From: Octopus bimaculoides
Taxonomy: Eukaryota
Reading direction: 5' to 3'
NCBI RefSeq assembly: GCF_001194135.2
Contig: NC_068981.1
Span: 88,168,889 to 88,214,733, forward strand
Length of the DNA: 45,845 nt
A program made the position numbers and the translations under genes. Positions 24,325-36,663 of the stretch are shown here, one piece after another (the first letter of the stretch is position 1; every line of letters starts with the position of its first letter). The notes under the pieces are model-generated. The model ran no database searches, had not been told where the DNA came from, and was given only the letters and a program-made list of their open reading frames with translations.

Positions 24325-24605
24325 TGGCTGTGTGGTAAGAAGCTTGCTTCCCAACCACATGGTTCTGGATTCAGTCCCACTGTGTGGCACCTTGGGCCGA
24401 CCAAAGCTTTGTGAGTGGATTGGGAAGATGGAAACTGAAAGAAGCCTGTTGNNNNNNNNNNNNNNNNNNNNNNNNNNNNNNNNNNNNNNNNNNNNNNNNN
24501 NNNNNNNNNNNNNNNNNNNNNNNNNNNNNNNNNNNNNNNNNNNNNNNNNNNNNNNNNNNNNNNNNNNNNNNNNNNNNNNNNNNNNNNNNNNNNNNNNNNN
24601 NNNNN

Positions 24606-24636
<31 letters not shown>

Positions 24637-24905
24637 CAATGTTAATTCTCTAAATATATATATATATTTGTATATAGATTTATGTGTGTATGTCTTTGTG
24701 TCTGTGTTTGTACCTCCACCATCGCTTGACAACTGATGTTGGTGTGTTTATGTCTCTGCAACTAAGCAGTTTGGCAAAAGAGACTAATAGAATAAGTACT
24801 AGGCTTATAAAGAATAAGCCCTTGGGTCAATTTCTTCGACTAAAACCCTTCAAGGTTGTGCTCTAGCATGGCCACAGTCAAGAGACTGAAATGTATAAAA
24901 GAATA
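24325..24905 (+). mobile_element. tRNA/CORE-like SINE with an assembly gap in its internal microsatellite
   Basis: Head GGCTGTGTGGTAAGAAGCTTGCTTCCCAACCAC...GGTTCTGGATTCAGTCC; tail GACTGAAATGTATAAAAGAATAAA. Confidence 0.8.
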
Positions 24906-25244
24906 AAGTCAATGAACAAAAAAATATATATATAAAGGAATGTATGTCTGTATATATGTATATAAAGATATATGTATATATGTGTTTATATGCATGTATA
25001 TGTGTATATGTATATATATGATAAGACTCCCTTGTTGAAGATGACAAATAAGTGTTTAGTTTTTGCTGAACAACCTGCACAAATGATTTGCTTATAGTGA
25101 TCAAAGGTATGTGCTGTACATTAGCTCAACCCTTCCATCAAATCAATGTTGCCTGAAGAGGTGCATGGTGTACCACGCATCAGGTGTCGAAGTGATCGCA
25201 GAGCAACATGCGTGTGTGTTTGTGTGTGCGTATAAATAATCATC

Positions 25245-25700
25245 TGCATCATTTAACGTCTGTTGTCCATGTTGGCATGGGTTGGACAGTGTGACCAGAG
25301 TGGGCAAGCTGGTGGATAGGGGTTGCACCAAACTCTAGTCTGATTTGGTGTGGTTTCTATGGGTGGTTTCTATGGGTGGTTTCTATGGGTGGATACTTTT
25401 GTGTGTCACTGCACAGGCACCTTTATGTGTAACTTCAGTAGTACTTTTATGTGGCACCACACAGATGCTTTTATGTGTCACTGCAGAAGTGCTTCTATGT
25501 GTCACCACATGGGTGCTTTTATGTGTCACAGCACAGGCGTTTTTTTGTGACACTGCACAGCTGCTTTTATGTGGCACCACTATGAGTACTTTACACTGTC
25601 AGAAGGATTAGTCTTAGCACATCTGCTGTGGGGTACGGGTCTTCTTGAGTATGGCCAGGTGCCAGGTATCTCGGTCTTTTGTCATTTCACCTCTATGTAT
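25245..25700 (-). mobile_element. Old RTE 3' end carrying an expanded minisatellite
   Basis: CATCATTTAACGTC...CATGGGTTGGAC tail motif; GGGTCTTCTTGAG...TCTCGGTC ORF2-tip motif. Confidence 0.65.
25397..25589. repeat. Minisatellite, 8 x 24 bp (consensus about TTTTATGTGTCACYRCACAGGTGC)
   Basis: Units start at 25397, 25421, 25445, 25469, 25493, 25517, 25541 and 25565. Confidence 0.9.
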
Positions 25701-26595
25701 GTTTGTATATATATTTTCTTCTTGCACCATTAGGTTAATGAACTTAAATACTCAATACTGTAACTGGTTTGGGGCAGTTATCAGTAATTGGTGTATAGGT
25801 TGATTGCCTATCTTCTGCTTTATATTATTGAGTTTCTTCTGTTCTGGGCCCTGATACTGACACTTACTTGGGATAGCATCAGGCATGACAGTTTGTTGAG
25901 ACTGTTGAATGGCTGGTGGCACGTATGGCCAAAATGTATTAATTTTTACTAGCGCACAGTGATTAGCAGGCTTGTGGGATTGCCCACTTGTTCTAGGACT
26001 TGTACATCAGACTCGTTGGCCAACCATAGCCAACCATCAGCACTGTACAGTACCAACACTAGTCCTGGAACTTGAGGCTGCTGTCTTTAGATTGTTACTT
26101 AGCATTTAGCATCCATGTCTTGCTGCTACATGTTGGCCACAAGGATGACCAGTGATGCAAATGCACCAGCTAGTCTTTTCACGGTCTGGTCAGATCACTC
26201 ATTGCTAATGAAAAGCTTGTGTACTTATGTGTACAAAAAGTTGAAGATGTTGTATTATAGGGAGAGATAATGGGGAAAGTGTGTGTGTGTGTGTACATGT
26301 GGTAGCTTATGTAAGCGATTTCTTGGTAACACAATTTCCCTCTCTTTTGTGCACACTTAAATACAAATACTTAAACACAAACATTGATAGAAGCATATAA
26401 CGCAAACACACACACACACACATACACACACACACAATTACTTACAAACATTTAATCCACACCATTTGTGTTCTTTTCCTTTCTCTCCCTCTCTCCTATT
26501 CCCCACCTCCTGGCCTGTCTCTTTATTATTGTTCATCTTCCATCTTCATTCTTTAAATAGTCATGTTAGTTTTGTCATGTTTGTTCCATGCATGC

Positions 26596-26649
<54 letters not shown>

Positions 26650-27444
26650 CTACATACTTCTAAACTGCTTTTTAAGTACAGCCAAACTGATTTCTCTCTG
26701 TAGGCACACAGCATGTCAGTGCTCATCAAGCTGGTTAGCCAGTGTGTGTACTTCCACATATAGCTGGATGGAAAAGCTGGCTGACTTGTCAACTAAGCTG
26801 GGTGCCTGGATGAATCAGTAGCTGATAACTTGCTTTAAGTTATGATTTCATGAGTTGGACCATATTTTTCTTTTATTTCTTTATTTTATTTCTCAACATT
26901 TAGAACCTAACGAAGACAGAGACTGTGTCATTGCCTTAGTGCATTTTCCATGACTGGCATGGTCAAGGTGATTGACATTCAGTTTGAATTTTTTTCAAGT
27001 TTACAATTTATAAGGGGGAAGGGAAGTGGGAAATAGGTGGAATCATTAGAATGCCTTGCAGGCTTTCATTTGGCTTTCTGCATCTTGTGTTCAAGTCTTG
27101 GTGCAGCCAGTTTTGCCTTTTATTTTTTGGGGTCAATAAATTAACTAACAGTTCAAATTGGTGGATTGGTGCAGTTGTTGCAGTGTCAGATGAGATGCTT
27201 TATGTTATCCATTCCAGTGCTTTGCTTTCTGATTTCAAATTCAGTTCCCCTCCCCATCATCAGTTTCCTAATGCAGGAAATGAGGCCTTCATCATCCAGC
27301 TAATGATAATTGGCTGTCAATATCAGATGGAGCAACAGTTCTTGAAACGATTTCTTAGTCACATCAATATGCCTGAAAGCAAAAACAAGTAGACCTTGCA
27401 TAGAAAAAAAAGAAGTTATGACACACACATGCATGCACACACAC

Positions 27445-27504
<60 letters not shown>

Positions 27505-28562
27505 AAAATATTCTTTGTAGAAAAAAATGAGCAAAGATCTCTTTAGCATCATAGTTCTTGGAATGAAAGTTCAGGTAAAAGGCTTATTATAGTAAAGTAT
27601 GGGGAAGGAGATATAGTTGTTGTTTATCCCCAAGTCAGATTTGGTTAAGCAGGCCTTTGATCAAAAGCACTCCAATTGTGACCTATAGAGTAAGTGTAGA
27701 TGAAGTGGAAGGAGAACATGTTGGTGAGATACTGGTGGTAGTATACTGCTCCATTAAGTTTTGCCAGTCAGTTAAATGGCTTTTAAAAAAAAAAAAGATT
27801 CATAATGCTCACTTGTTCATCAACTACACTATAAAGGTCTAGTGCTTTACTGAATTTTTCCATTCCATCATTTTGCTCCCAGAGTTTCCACATTAACATT
27901 CAGTTTGGTGAAGATAAGAGTGAGGGCCTGGGACATACTGTTTGAGATTTTAGAAGGGACGCTGTCTAGAATTTTTCATCTGGTTGTGTTAAAGAGACCA
28001 GAAAAGAAGGAGAATTTCTAAATGTGTATGCAGTGTATGCAGTTGGAAGTGAAATAGGCAACAAACATACAGAATTTTTTTTCTGCAGGAATGCTGTTAA
28101 CCATATTGGTTAACAAGTGATGAATAGAAAGATTCTGCAAATTTGGTAGTGATGCTTTAAACAAAGAGCCACAAGTACGACTGACATTTTAAATGTGAGA
28201 GAACAGACAAAAGGTATCTTTGCCACCTCTCTACTGGTAGCTTTGCAAGTTTACAGTTGTGGGAGAAGGCCTCTTAGTTGATGGAGAGGGATGACAAACT
28301 CCAGGAGTTGTTGTTGGTGTCTTTGTTACTGTTGCAACACAGCTACAGGGGAACCACCTGGAGGTTTTGGAGTCTATGAGCTTTGGTTGTATGAGGAATG
28401 TAAAGGGACACGGAGGTTGGTTTCATATTGACTCTTTCAAATCCTGAATACCAGGCTGTCATTGTTCATCTTGTGCTGGGCCCAATACCAACTTTGTTTC
28501 CCCATAATGTTCTGAAAGATGGATATTTCTTAATGAAATTTTCTGCAAATACCTTTCAGATG

Positions 28563-29358
28563 GTATATCATCATCATCATCATCATCGTTTAACGTCCGC
28601 TTTCCATGCTAGCATGGGTTGGACGATTTGACTGAGGACTGGTGAAACCGGATGGCAACACCAGGCTCCAGTCTGATTTGGCAGAGTTTCTACAGCTGGA
28701 TGCCCTTCCTAACGCCAACCACTCAGAGAGTGTAGTGGGTGCTTTTACGTGTCACCCGCACNNNNNNNNNNNNNNNNNNNNNNNNNNNNNNNNNNNNNNN
28801 NNNNNNNNNNNNNNNNNNNNNNNNNNNNNNNNNNNNNNNNNNNNNNNNNNNNNNNNNNNNNNNNNNNNNNNNNNNNNNNNNNNNNNNNNNNNNNNNNNNN
28901 NNNNNNNNNNNNNNNNNNNNNNNNNNNNNNNNNNNNNNNNNNNNNNNNNNNNNNNNNNNNNNNNNNNNNNNNNNNNNNNNNNNNNNNNNNNNNNNNNNNN
29001 NNNNNNNNNNNNNNNNACGATCTCACTCGAAAATCCTACGGGAGCCAGTCAGGCGGTACTGGCAACGGCCACGCTCAAAATGGTGCATCTCATGTGCCAC
29101 CCGCACAAGAGCCAGTCCAGGGGGACTGGCAACGATCTTACTTGGCTTACCGGGTCTTCTCACACACAGCACATTTCCAAAAGTCTCGGTCAGTAGTCAT
29201 CGCCTCGGTGAGGCCCAATGTACGAAGGTCTTGCCTCACCACCTCAGCTCAGGTCTTCCTGGGCCTACCTCTTCCACGGGTTCCCTCAACTGTTAGGGTG
29301 TGGCACTTTTTCACGCAGCTATCCTCCTCCATTCTCACCACATGTCCATACCAGCGCA
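28563..29358 (-). mobile_element. 5'-truncated young RTE LINE (ORF2 C-terminus, 3' UTR, (GAT)n tail) with an internal gap
   Basis: RWYGHVVRMEEDSCVKKCHTLTVEGTRGRGRPRKT*AEVVRQDLRTLGLTEAMTTDRDFWKCAVCEKTR*, with one TGA at the conserved W. UTR nearly identical to 1-242. Confidence 0.9.
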
Positions 29359-29516
29359 TAGATTTTGATTATATCAGCATTTGTTGTGAAAAATCTTTTG
29401 AAAATGGGGAGAGTAGTTTTGAATAACTCATGCTAGTCAATTTTGTTTCTTCATAACTTTCAGGAAAATAGGTATTTTTAAATGAAATTTTCTACAAATA
29501 CCTTTCAGATATTGTA

Positions 29517-30390
29517 TGAGGTGGTATCAAAAAGTTCTCTGACTAGTCCTATAGTACACTAACAGATGGCAGTATATGGTTGCATGCACAGTGAGAGCTA
29601 GCAGTGACCTTCATGAGGCATTGTGCCAAGTGACATTGCTGTGTTTACTTCGCAAGTTGTGAAATTTGTGTTTTTCTGATCACATGTATGCTGTAGTCTG
29701 CAATTTGGTCATGGACCGAAACAAAGAATCAATGTGAAATTTTGGGAAGTCTGCTACAGAGATAGTGAGCTTGCTTCAGCAAGCTTACAGTGCTGAGACA
29801 ATGGATCGTATGAATTGTTTAGAGTGGCATGGGCACTTCAAAAGTGAAAGAACATCCCTGGAAGATGATGAGTAATCTGGAAGACTTGCCACGAGTGTCA
29901 CCCCTGGAAATGTGGTACTGTGCATTGAAAATTCATTCCCCAGGGCTAGACTCTCAATTGAGAGTTCTACTGCTACATTTTGAAATGTTTGAAGGAGGAC
30001 ATTTGGTGAAAGCAACTGGATCTGTGGAGCACGAAAAATTGGATTCTTCAGGATGACAATGCACTCTGTCATTAAGCTCTCCTTATTCATGAATTCTTGC
30101 CAAAAACAACATGGTATCACATCTTCACTGCCCCACCACCCCGTTTGCCAGATTTAGCACCTGCAGACTTCCATCTCTTCCCCAACATGAAAATACAGCT
30201 CAAAGGTTGCTGTTTTAACACTGTTGTCGAGATCCAGAGTGAATTGCAGGTCCTTGACTTGCTTATGGAGAACAACTTCCAGGCCAGATTCCAAAAGTGG
30301 TAGGAATGCTGGGACTGGTGTATTGCTGTGCAAGGTGACTATTTTGGATGATGTTAAAACTTGGGTAAATAAGTTATTTTTTAACTTTAC
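29517..30390 (+). mobile_element. Internally deleted, decayed mariner (D34D-type) transposon
   Basis: TA|TGAGGTGGTATCAAAAAGTTC left end; QRINVKF, KSATEIVSLLQQAY...EWHGHFKSERTSLEDDE*SGR (HTH); WILQDDNA; PDLAPADFHLFPNMKIQLKG; CIAVQGDYF. Confidence 0.88.
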
Positions 30391-30479
30391 GATGAAAGTA
30401 AACAAACAAAGTTTGTTCTTTTTTTTTTTTTAGAAGCGTTTTGTTGTATTGTAAGAACAGAAATAAATTTATTTCTCAA

Positions 30480-30626
30480 ACGCGTGATAATGCTATGAAT
30501 AGCGTGGTCAGGATAAATTATCCATTTATTGCAGAAAAATACACTACTGGCCAGCCATGAGACTCAAACTCACATCTCTGTGATTACGCGTCAAGTGTTT
30601 TACCATTAAACTAAGCTGCCCAGCAA
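30480..30626 (-). mobile_element. tRNA-like head of a SINE-type repeat
   Basis: Reverse complement GGGCAGCTTAGTTTAATGGTAAAACACTTGACGCG...GAGTTTGAGTCTC has A/B-box-like motifs but no clean cloverleaf. Confidence 0.5.
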
Positions 30627-30846
30627 CGAATTCTTCTGCAATTTTAGAACTGATAAATTTAGCTTCATAAGACACTAACGTTAAATTCAAAAAAGTTATT
30701 TTTTATTAAACATAACTAGATATCACCTAGTAGATTACAATTATGTTGGAATTTAATGTGGAAAAAGAAAAATTGGTGGGCACACATACACACATGTTAA
30801 CACACATCATACTGCACCTACCACCACTATTGATTGTCCTACTCAC

Positions 30847-30950
30847 ATCAACACTCTTTCTCCTATATTTCATCCTATATATAATGTGAATCCTGAATAC
30901 AGCCATATTTTTTAAGGGACCAGTATCAGATAGGCTGCAAATTTTAAAAC
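30847..30950 (-). other. Candidate coding exon (104 nt, phase 1 to 0), unverified
   Basis: Acceptor gtttaatgtattttacag|G and donor GAT|gtgagt. Only one frame is open: GFKICSLSDTGPLKNMAVFRIHIIYRMKYRRKSVD. Confidence 0.28.
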
Positions 30951-31204
30951 CTGTAAAATACATTAAACACAAGAACTAAATAAACTAGAACACAAACACT
31001 AAATCTACCATAGTTCCTGTTTTTGCTTAGTATCTTTTGCATAAAACCAACTGGGCTTTGTTCTTCTCCATATCTGTTGTTGCTGTAGCAACACCTAAAT
31101 AAGCTTCACAATTTTTTTTTTGGTAAACTCTATGACTTTGTTTAATTTTTGCACTTTAAACAATGCATCTATTATTCTTATCTACTTTTATTATAAGGAT
31201 GTAT

Positions 31205-31570
31205 CTTTTATTTTTGTCTTGTTTCAATCATTGGACTGTGGCCATGTTGGGGTACCACCTTGAAGGGTTTAGTCTGGCTGGTACCTATTTTATTTTAGGC
31301 TATTAGTATTTTTTGATGAACTGCTAAGTTACAGGGCCATAGACAAACCAACACTGGCTGTCAACCTATGGAACAGGGTGACACACACACACACACACAC
31401 CATGGACTTCCACACCATTTATGTCTGCCAAATTCCTTTATTAGGTATTGGGCATTGATCAGCCTGGAGCTAAAGTCGAAGACACTTTCTCAAGGTGCCA
31501 CACAGTGGGACTGAACCGGAAACTACATATTTGCAAAAGTGAGCTTCTTAACCATGCAGCCATCCCTGTG
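31205..31570 (-). mobile_element. tRNA/CORE-like SINE (diverged)
   Basis: Same layout as 446-890, with a short (CA)n. Confidence 0.7.
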
Positions 31571-31907
31571 CCTATACTACTGTATATAGAAAAAATCATT
31601 TCTCTTTACTAACACATACCAGTAATATTACTTTCATGTTTGAAATTGTAACTTTTAAATTGAATAAATCACTTTCAAATAAAAGAGTGCCTAAATGCTC
31701 CACCCTCTCCTCAGTGTGTTAACAGAATTAACAAATGCCATTGGATGTATTCACTATGCTTATGATGGTGGTGAAGTGCATATATTAGTTGCATTAAATG
31801 TCTCAGGGTAACTGCATTTGCTATCTTTGTTTTCTGTTGTGCGATGTAATTGACTTCTCCCTTGTTTCTTCCTTGAAGATTTTAGGCCTTGTGCCTATCT
31901 TTTACTC

Positions 31908-32125
31908 TTTACTCTTTTACTTGTTTCAGTCATTTGACTGTGGCCATGCTGGGGCACCGCCTTTAGTCGAGCAAATCGACCCCAAGATGTATTCTTTGTA
32001 AGCCTAGTACTTATTCTATCGGTCTCTTTTCGCCGAACTGCTAAGTTACAGGGACATAAACACACCAGCATCGGTTATCAAGCGAAGTTGGGGGGGGGGA
32101 CAAACACAGACATATTCACACACAT

Positions 32126-32180
<55 letters not shown>

Positions 32181-32335
32181 TACGACAGGCTTCTTTCAGT
32201 TTCCGTCTACCAAATCCACTCACAAGGCTTTGGTCGGCCCAAGGCTATAGTAGAAGACACTTGCCCAAGGTGCCACACAGCGGGACTGAACCTGGAACCA
32301 TGTGGTTGGTAAGCAAGCTACTTACCACACAGCCA
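31908..32335 (-). mobile_element. tRNA/CORE-like SINE (well preserved, CpG-retaining)
   Basis: Complete head through tail; internal G-run, then (CA) and (TA)n. Confidence 0.85.
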
Positions 32336-32409
32336 TAGAAAGAATTATTTTTTTACACTCAAATATAACACTATTCTCCAATTTTAACTCTTAATATTTA
32401 TTTTAGATG

Positions 32410-32609
32410 AAGCTGGTGAACTGGTAAGAACTGTTAGCATGCTGGGCAAAATGCTTAGTGACATTTTGTTTGTCTGCATTCTGAGTTCAAGTTCTGCTGA
32501 GGTCATCTCTTTAGGGTTGATAAAATAAGAACCAGTTGAGCACTGGGGTTGATGTAATTGACTTAGGCCCTCCTCATAATTGCTGGCCTTGTGCCAAAAT
32601 TTGAAACCA
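32410..32609 (+). mobile_element. Deu/Nin-domain-type SINE
   Basis: GAGTTCAAG...GATAAAATAAGAACCAGTTGAGCACTGGGG...GTGCCAAAATTTGAAACC. Confidence 0.7.
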
Positions 32610-32620
32610 GGGGGGGGGCG

Positions 32621-32966
32621 TGTGGTGTTATGAGCCGGGCTGTGTTGTAGGAAGGACCAGAAGTGAGGGAGTACACATGTCCTGTCAAAAGTGGGGCCTG
32701 TGGGTCCCACCAGAAAGGCTGTGGCGAGCATGTGGGGTTGGTGAGGTGCAAGCGGTCAGTTGGCAGCGGACAGCATATGAGAGCAGACCTTTTAGATGGT
32801 ACAGCAGCAAACAGAGCACGTGGACATTGTGAATGGCCCCTTCCACATAAATAGACAGTACAGCAGCAGACAGAGCACATGGATGTTGTGAGTGGCCCTT
32901 CCAGATAGACAAGTAAAACTACTGTAATTCTCTCTCTGCTTCGGTCTTTTTCTCCTTCACATCACA
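32621..32966 (+). mobile_element. Orphan LTR (probably Ty3/gypsy-type), 346 bp, preceded by a G-rich tract
   Basis: TG...CA ends with short inverted repeats TGTGGTGT / ACATCACA; PPT-like AGGGGGGGGGCG immediately upstream; 59-bp internal tandem; GC-rich relative to flanks. No TSD seen. Confidence 0.6.
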
Positions 32967-33104
32967 AGTACCTATATTTGGGCTATTCTCATGAAAGTTA
33001 AACCAAAACAGGTTTTCAAAAATCTTTACAATGCTCAGAAAAACTGCTATATACCTACTTTATACTTATAAAGGTATGTTGAAATGTTTTGTGTTTTCAA
33101 CCAG

Positions 33105-33210
33105 ATATCTGTACTGAGAGAACTTCTTCCAGATCTATACTATCTGGGAGATATAGAAAATACTTGCTTTGAAAATGATTCATGCATTTTTGTCATGCAC
33201 ATCACTCCAG
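33105..33210 (+). other. Candidate exon (106 nt), unverified
   Basis: Acceptor gtgttttcaaccag and donor CAG|gtaaat. One open frame: ISVLRELLPDLYYLGDIENTCFENDSCIFVMHITP. Confidence 0.2.
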
Positions 33211-34029
33211 GTAAATGAGAATTGTGCCACAGTGTCTGTGATAATAGACATTGTTGTCCACTTAACCCCAAGATGCAATTTGAAAAGCCCACTGCTTACA
33301 TAGATATATGAGTGAACATCTCTACATACTATGTTGGATACATTTGGTGTTCGTCTGGTATGTTGATTTGTTTATTTTTTATGTCTTGATTATGCCTGCA
33401 CTGAGGATTAGATTATGTACACTAACTATGAAATCATATGATATGCGGCTGAATCTGTTTTTAAGGGGTTAGCTTCGAAAGTCGCATTCCCTTGCGTTCG
33501 GTATACTGTGTATTTATTATGGTAGTTTTGACTTTAAGAGTCCCTAATAGCGTGAGGCATTTATGTGTAGTAATGCCCTTAATATAAATAAATATATTTA
33601 AAGGGAATAATTATAAATTTTTCCCTTAGAAGGTTTTCACACTACTTGATAATTTCTCATAAAGAATTTATCCTATTTTAAATTATATATATATATATAT
33701 AGTAGATAGTAGATAAATAGATAGATAGAGAGAGAGAGAGAGAGTGAGCATGAACATGTGAGTTACCTACATGCATTTTTTTCTTGCCTCTCTTCTCCTT
33801 TCATGTCCCTTTTCTTCCTGTCTCTTGGACTTTTCTCTGTGCATCCACTGAAGGACTATGTTTGAATCATTATATTTTGACTCCATGATTTTCACTTTAT
33901 AAATTTTCTCCTTTGAGCATCAACCTAATAAAACTAACTGTAAATAGTCCTTGCACTTTTGTATTTGATTTTGTCTCGTTATTGCTTTTGTGAGTGTGTA
34001 TATATGTATGTGTGTGTGTGTGTGTGTGT

Positions 34030-34720
34030 ATCTTTTACTTGTTTCTTTAGACTGTAGCCATGCTGGGGCACCGCTTTGAGTTTTTTAGTCGAATGAATTG
34101 ACCTCAGTATTTATGTTTTTAAAAGCCTGGTACTTATTCTATCAGACTCTTTTGATGAACCACTAAGTTATGGGGATGTAAACACACCAACACTGGCTGT
34201 CAAGCAGTGGTGGGGAACAAACACAGACATAAAGACCCCCCCCCCCATATATATATATATATGATGGGTTTCTTTCAGTTTCCATATACTGAATCCACTC
34301 ACAAAGCTTTAGTTGGCCTGAAGCTATAGTATAAGACACTTACCCATGGTGCCATGCAGTGGATGCGAATCTGGAACCATGTGGTTGAGAAGCATGCTTC
34401 TACCAAACAGTCATGCCTGTATATGTAATGAGCTTCTTTCATTTTTCCATTCACCAAATAAATTCACTTGCAAGGCTTTGGTTGCCCTGGGGCTGTATTA
34501 GAAAACACATAATCAAAGTGCCACACAGTTGAACTGAACCCAAAGCTGTATGGTTGGGATGCAAGTTGCTGAAACACAGAGCTATGCTCATGCCTATCAA
34601 ATCTATTTACAAGGTATTGCTCAACCTGCAGTAATAGTAGAAGACACTTGGCCAAAGTGTCTTGCCATGGAATTGAACATGGACCCACATGATTTCATAG
34701 CAAAGTTCTTAACAACATGG
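34030..34720 (-). mobile_element. One tRNA/CORE-like SINE (34030-34420) followed by two co-oriented partial heads
   Basis: Repeated CAAGGCTT...GAAGACACTT...CAAAGTG head segments at about 34430-34560 and 34590-34720. Confidence 0.7.
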
Positions 34721-35027
34721 CTAGACTTGCATTGTCCGTATATGGTAGTAATGGTAATGTTGATGTCATTTGAATATATGTGTAAGTGAAGCGTGTGTGA
34801 TTGTTTTTTTTTTTTTACCCTTAGATCATCCTTGTTGAAATATACTTATGATCAAAGGTTTTTCCAACGTTGACCATCCCATCATTTTGGTTCTGATATA
34901 ATGTATCTAAGACTACATTTGCTTATGTATCCTTTTTTTTTTCTTTTAAGAGGGTAGGTTGTGACTGTAGGGAGGTAAAGTTGCAACTTTTTAGAAGTGG
35001 ATCAACCACACACATAGATACTGCCTC

Positions 35028-35067
<40 letters not shown>

Positions 35068-35938
35068 AGTGTTCTCATTCATCTAAACATAAATTTTGTG
35101 TTCATTTAATATGTTTGTGTGAGTGTATATATATATCGTACTCCTNNNNNNNNNNNNNNNNNNNNNNNNNNNNNNNNNNNNNNNNNNNNNNNNNNNNNNN
35201 NNNNNNNNNNNNNNNNNNNNNNNNNNNNNNNNNNNNNNNNNNNNNNNNNNNNNNNNNNNNNNNNNNNNNNNNNNNNNNNNNNNNNNNNNNNNNNNNNNNN
35301 NNNNNNNNNNNNNNNNNNNNNNNNNNNNNNNNNNNNNNNNNNNNNNNNNNNNNNNNNNNNNNNNNNNNNNNNNNNNNNNNNNNNNNNNNNNNNNNNNNNN
35401 NNNNNNNNNNNNNNNNNNNNNNNNNNNNNNNNNNNNNNNNNNNNNNNNNNNNNNNNNNNNNNNNNNNNNNNNNNNNNNNNNNNNNNNNNNNNNNNNNNNN
35501 NNNNNNNNNNNNNNNNNNNNNNNNNNNNNNNNNNNNNNNNNNNNNNNNNNNNNNNNNNNNNNNNNNNNNNNNNNNNNNNNNNNNNNNNNNNNNNNNNNNN
35601 NNNNNNNNNNNNNNNNNNNNNNNNNNNNNNNNNNNNNNNNNNNNNNNNNNNNNNNNNNNNNNNNNNNNNNNNNNNNNNNNNNNNNNNNNNNNNNNNNNNN
35701 NNNNNNNNNNNNNNNNNNNNNNNNNNNNNNNNNNNNNNNNNNNNNNNNNNNNNNNNNNNNNNNNNNNNNNNNNNNNNNNNNNNNNNNNNNNNNNNNNNNN
35801 NNNNNNNNNNNNNNNNNNNNNNNNNNNNNNNNNNNNNNNNNNNNNNNNNNNNNNNNNNNNNNNNNNNNNNNNNNNNNNNNNNNNNNNNNNNNNNNNNNNN
35901 NNNNNNNNNNNNNNNNNNNNNNNNNNNNNNNNNNNNNN

Positions 35939-36226
35939 GGGTTTTCGAGCGAGATCGTTGCCAGTGCCCCTGGACTGGCTCTTGTGCGGGTGGCACATAA
36001 AAGACACCATTTCGAGCGTGGCCGTTTTCGTGCGGGTGACACGTAAAAGCACCCACTACACTCTCTGAGTGGTTGGCGTTAGGAAGGGCATCCAGCTGTA
36101 GAAACTCTGCCAAATTAGATTGGAGCCTGGTGTAGCCATCCGGTTGCACCAGTCCTCAGTCAAATCGTCCAACCCATGCTAGCATGGAAAGCGGACGTTA
36201 AACGATGATGATGATGATGATGATGA
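35939..36226 (+). mobile_element. Young RTE LINE 3' UTR emerging from a gap, with (GAT)n tail
   Basis: About 98% identical to 1-242 over the shared segment (4 differences in about 210 bp by eye). Confidence 0.88.
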
Positions 36227-36249
36227 TATATATGTTTGTATGGTCTTTT

Positions 36250-36630
36250 ATCTTATTTTTTACTTGAACCAGTCATTAGATTGCTGCCATGCTGGAGTAC
36301 TGCCTTGGAATTTTAGTCAAATGAATTGACCTTAGATTTCTCTTTTTTTTAAGCCTGATACTTATTCTATCAGTTTCTTTTGCTGTACTGCTAAGTTACA
36401 GGGACATAAATACACCAGCGCTGGTTCTCATGGTATGGTGGGAAACAGACAGAAAGACACAAACAGATAAATATTTGATAGGCTTCTTTCAGTTTTCATC
36501 TATGCAATCCACTCACAAAACTTTGGTTGTCCCGAGGCTAGAGCAGAAGACACTTGCCTAAGGTACCATGCAGTAGAACTGAACCTGGAACCATGTGGTT
36601 GGGAAGCAAACTTCTTATCTCAATTACCTC
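36250..36630 (-). mobile_element. tRNA/CORE-like SINE (diverged)
   Basis: Same head and tail motifs as 446-890. Confidence 0.7.
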
Positions 36631-36663
36631 ACAGTCGTGCACATATATATATATATGTATGTA

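Noticed and set aside
25397-25589. CRISPR-like periodic array
   Set aside because: The units are contiguous 24-mers with no unique spacers, there are no cas genes, and the context is eukaryotic. It is a minisatellite.
25750-26230. Possible gypsy gag relic or exon with donor CAA|gtaagt at 25867 (minus strand)
   Set aside because: No diagnostic motif I can verify and several stops. It needs a Dfam or HMM search.
27150-27394. Minus-strand segment with two strong acceptors (27394 and about 27372)
   Set aside because: All frames hit stops before any good donor and I recognise no protein. At best a non-coding exon.
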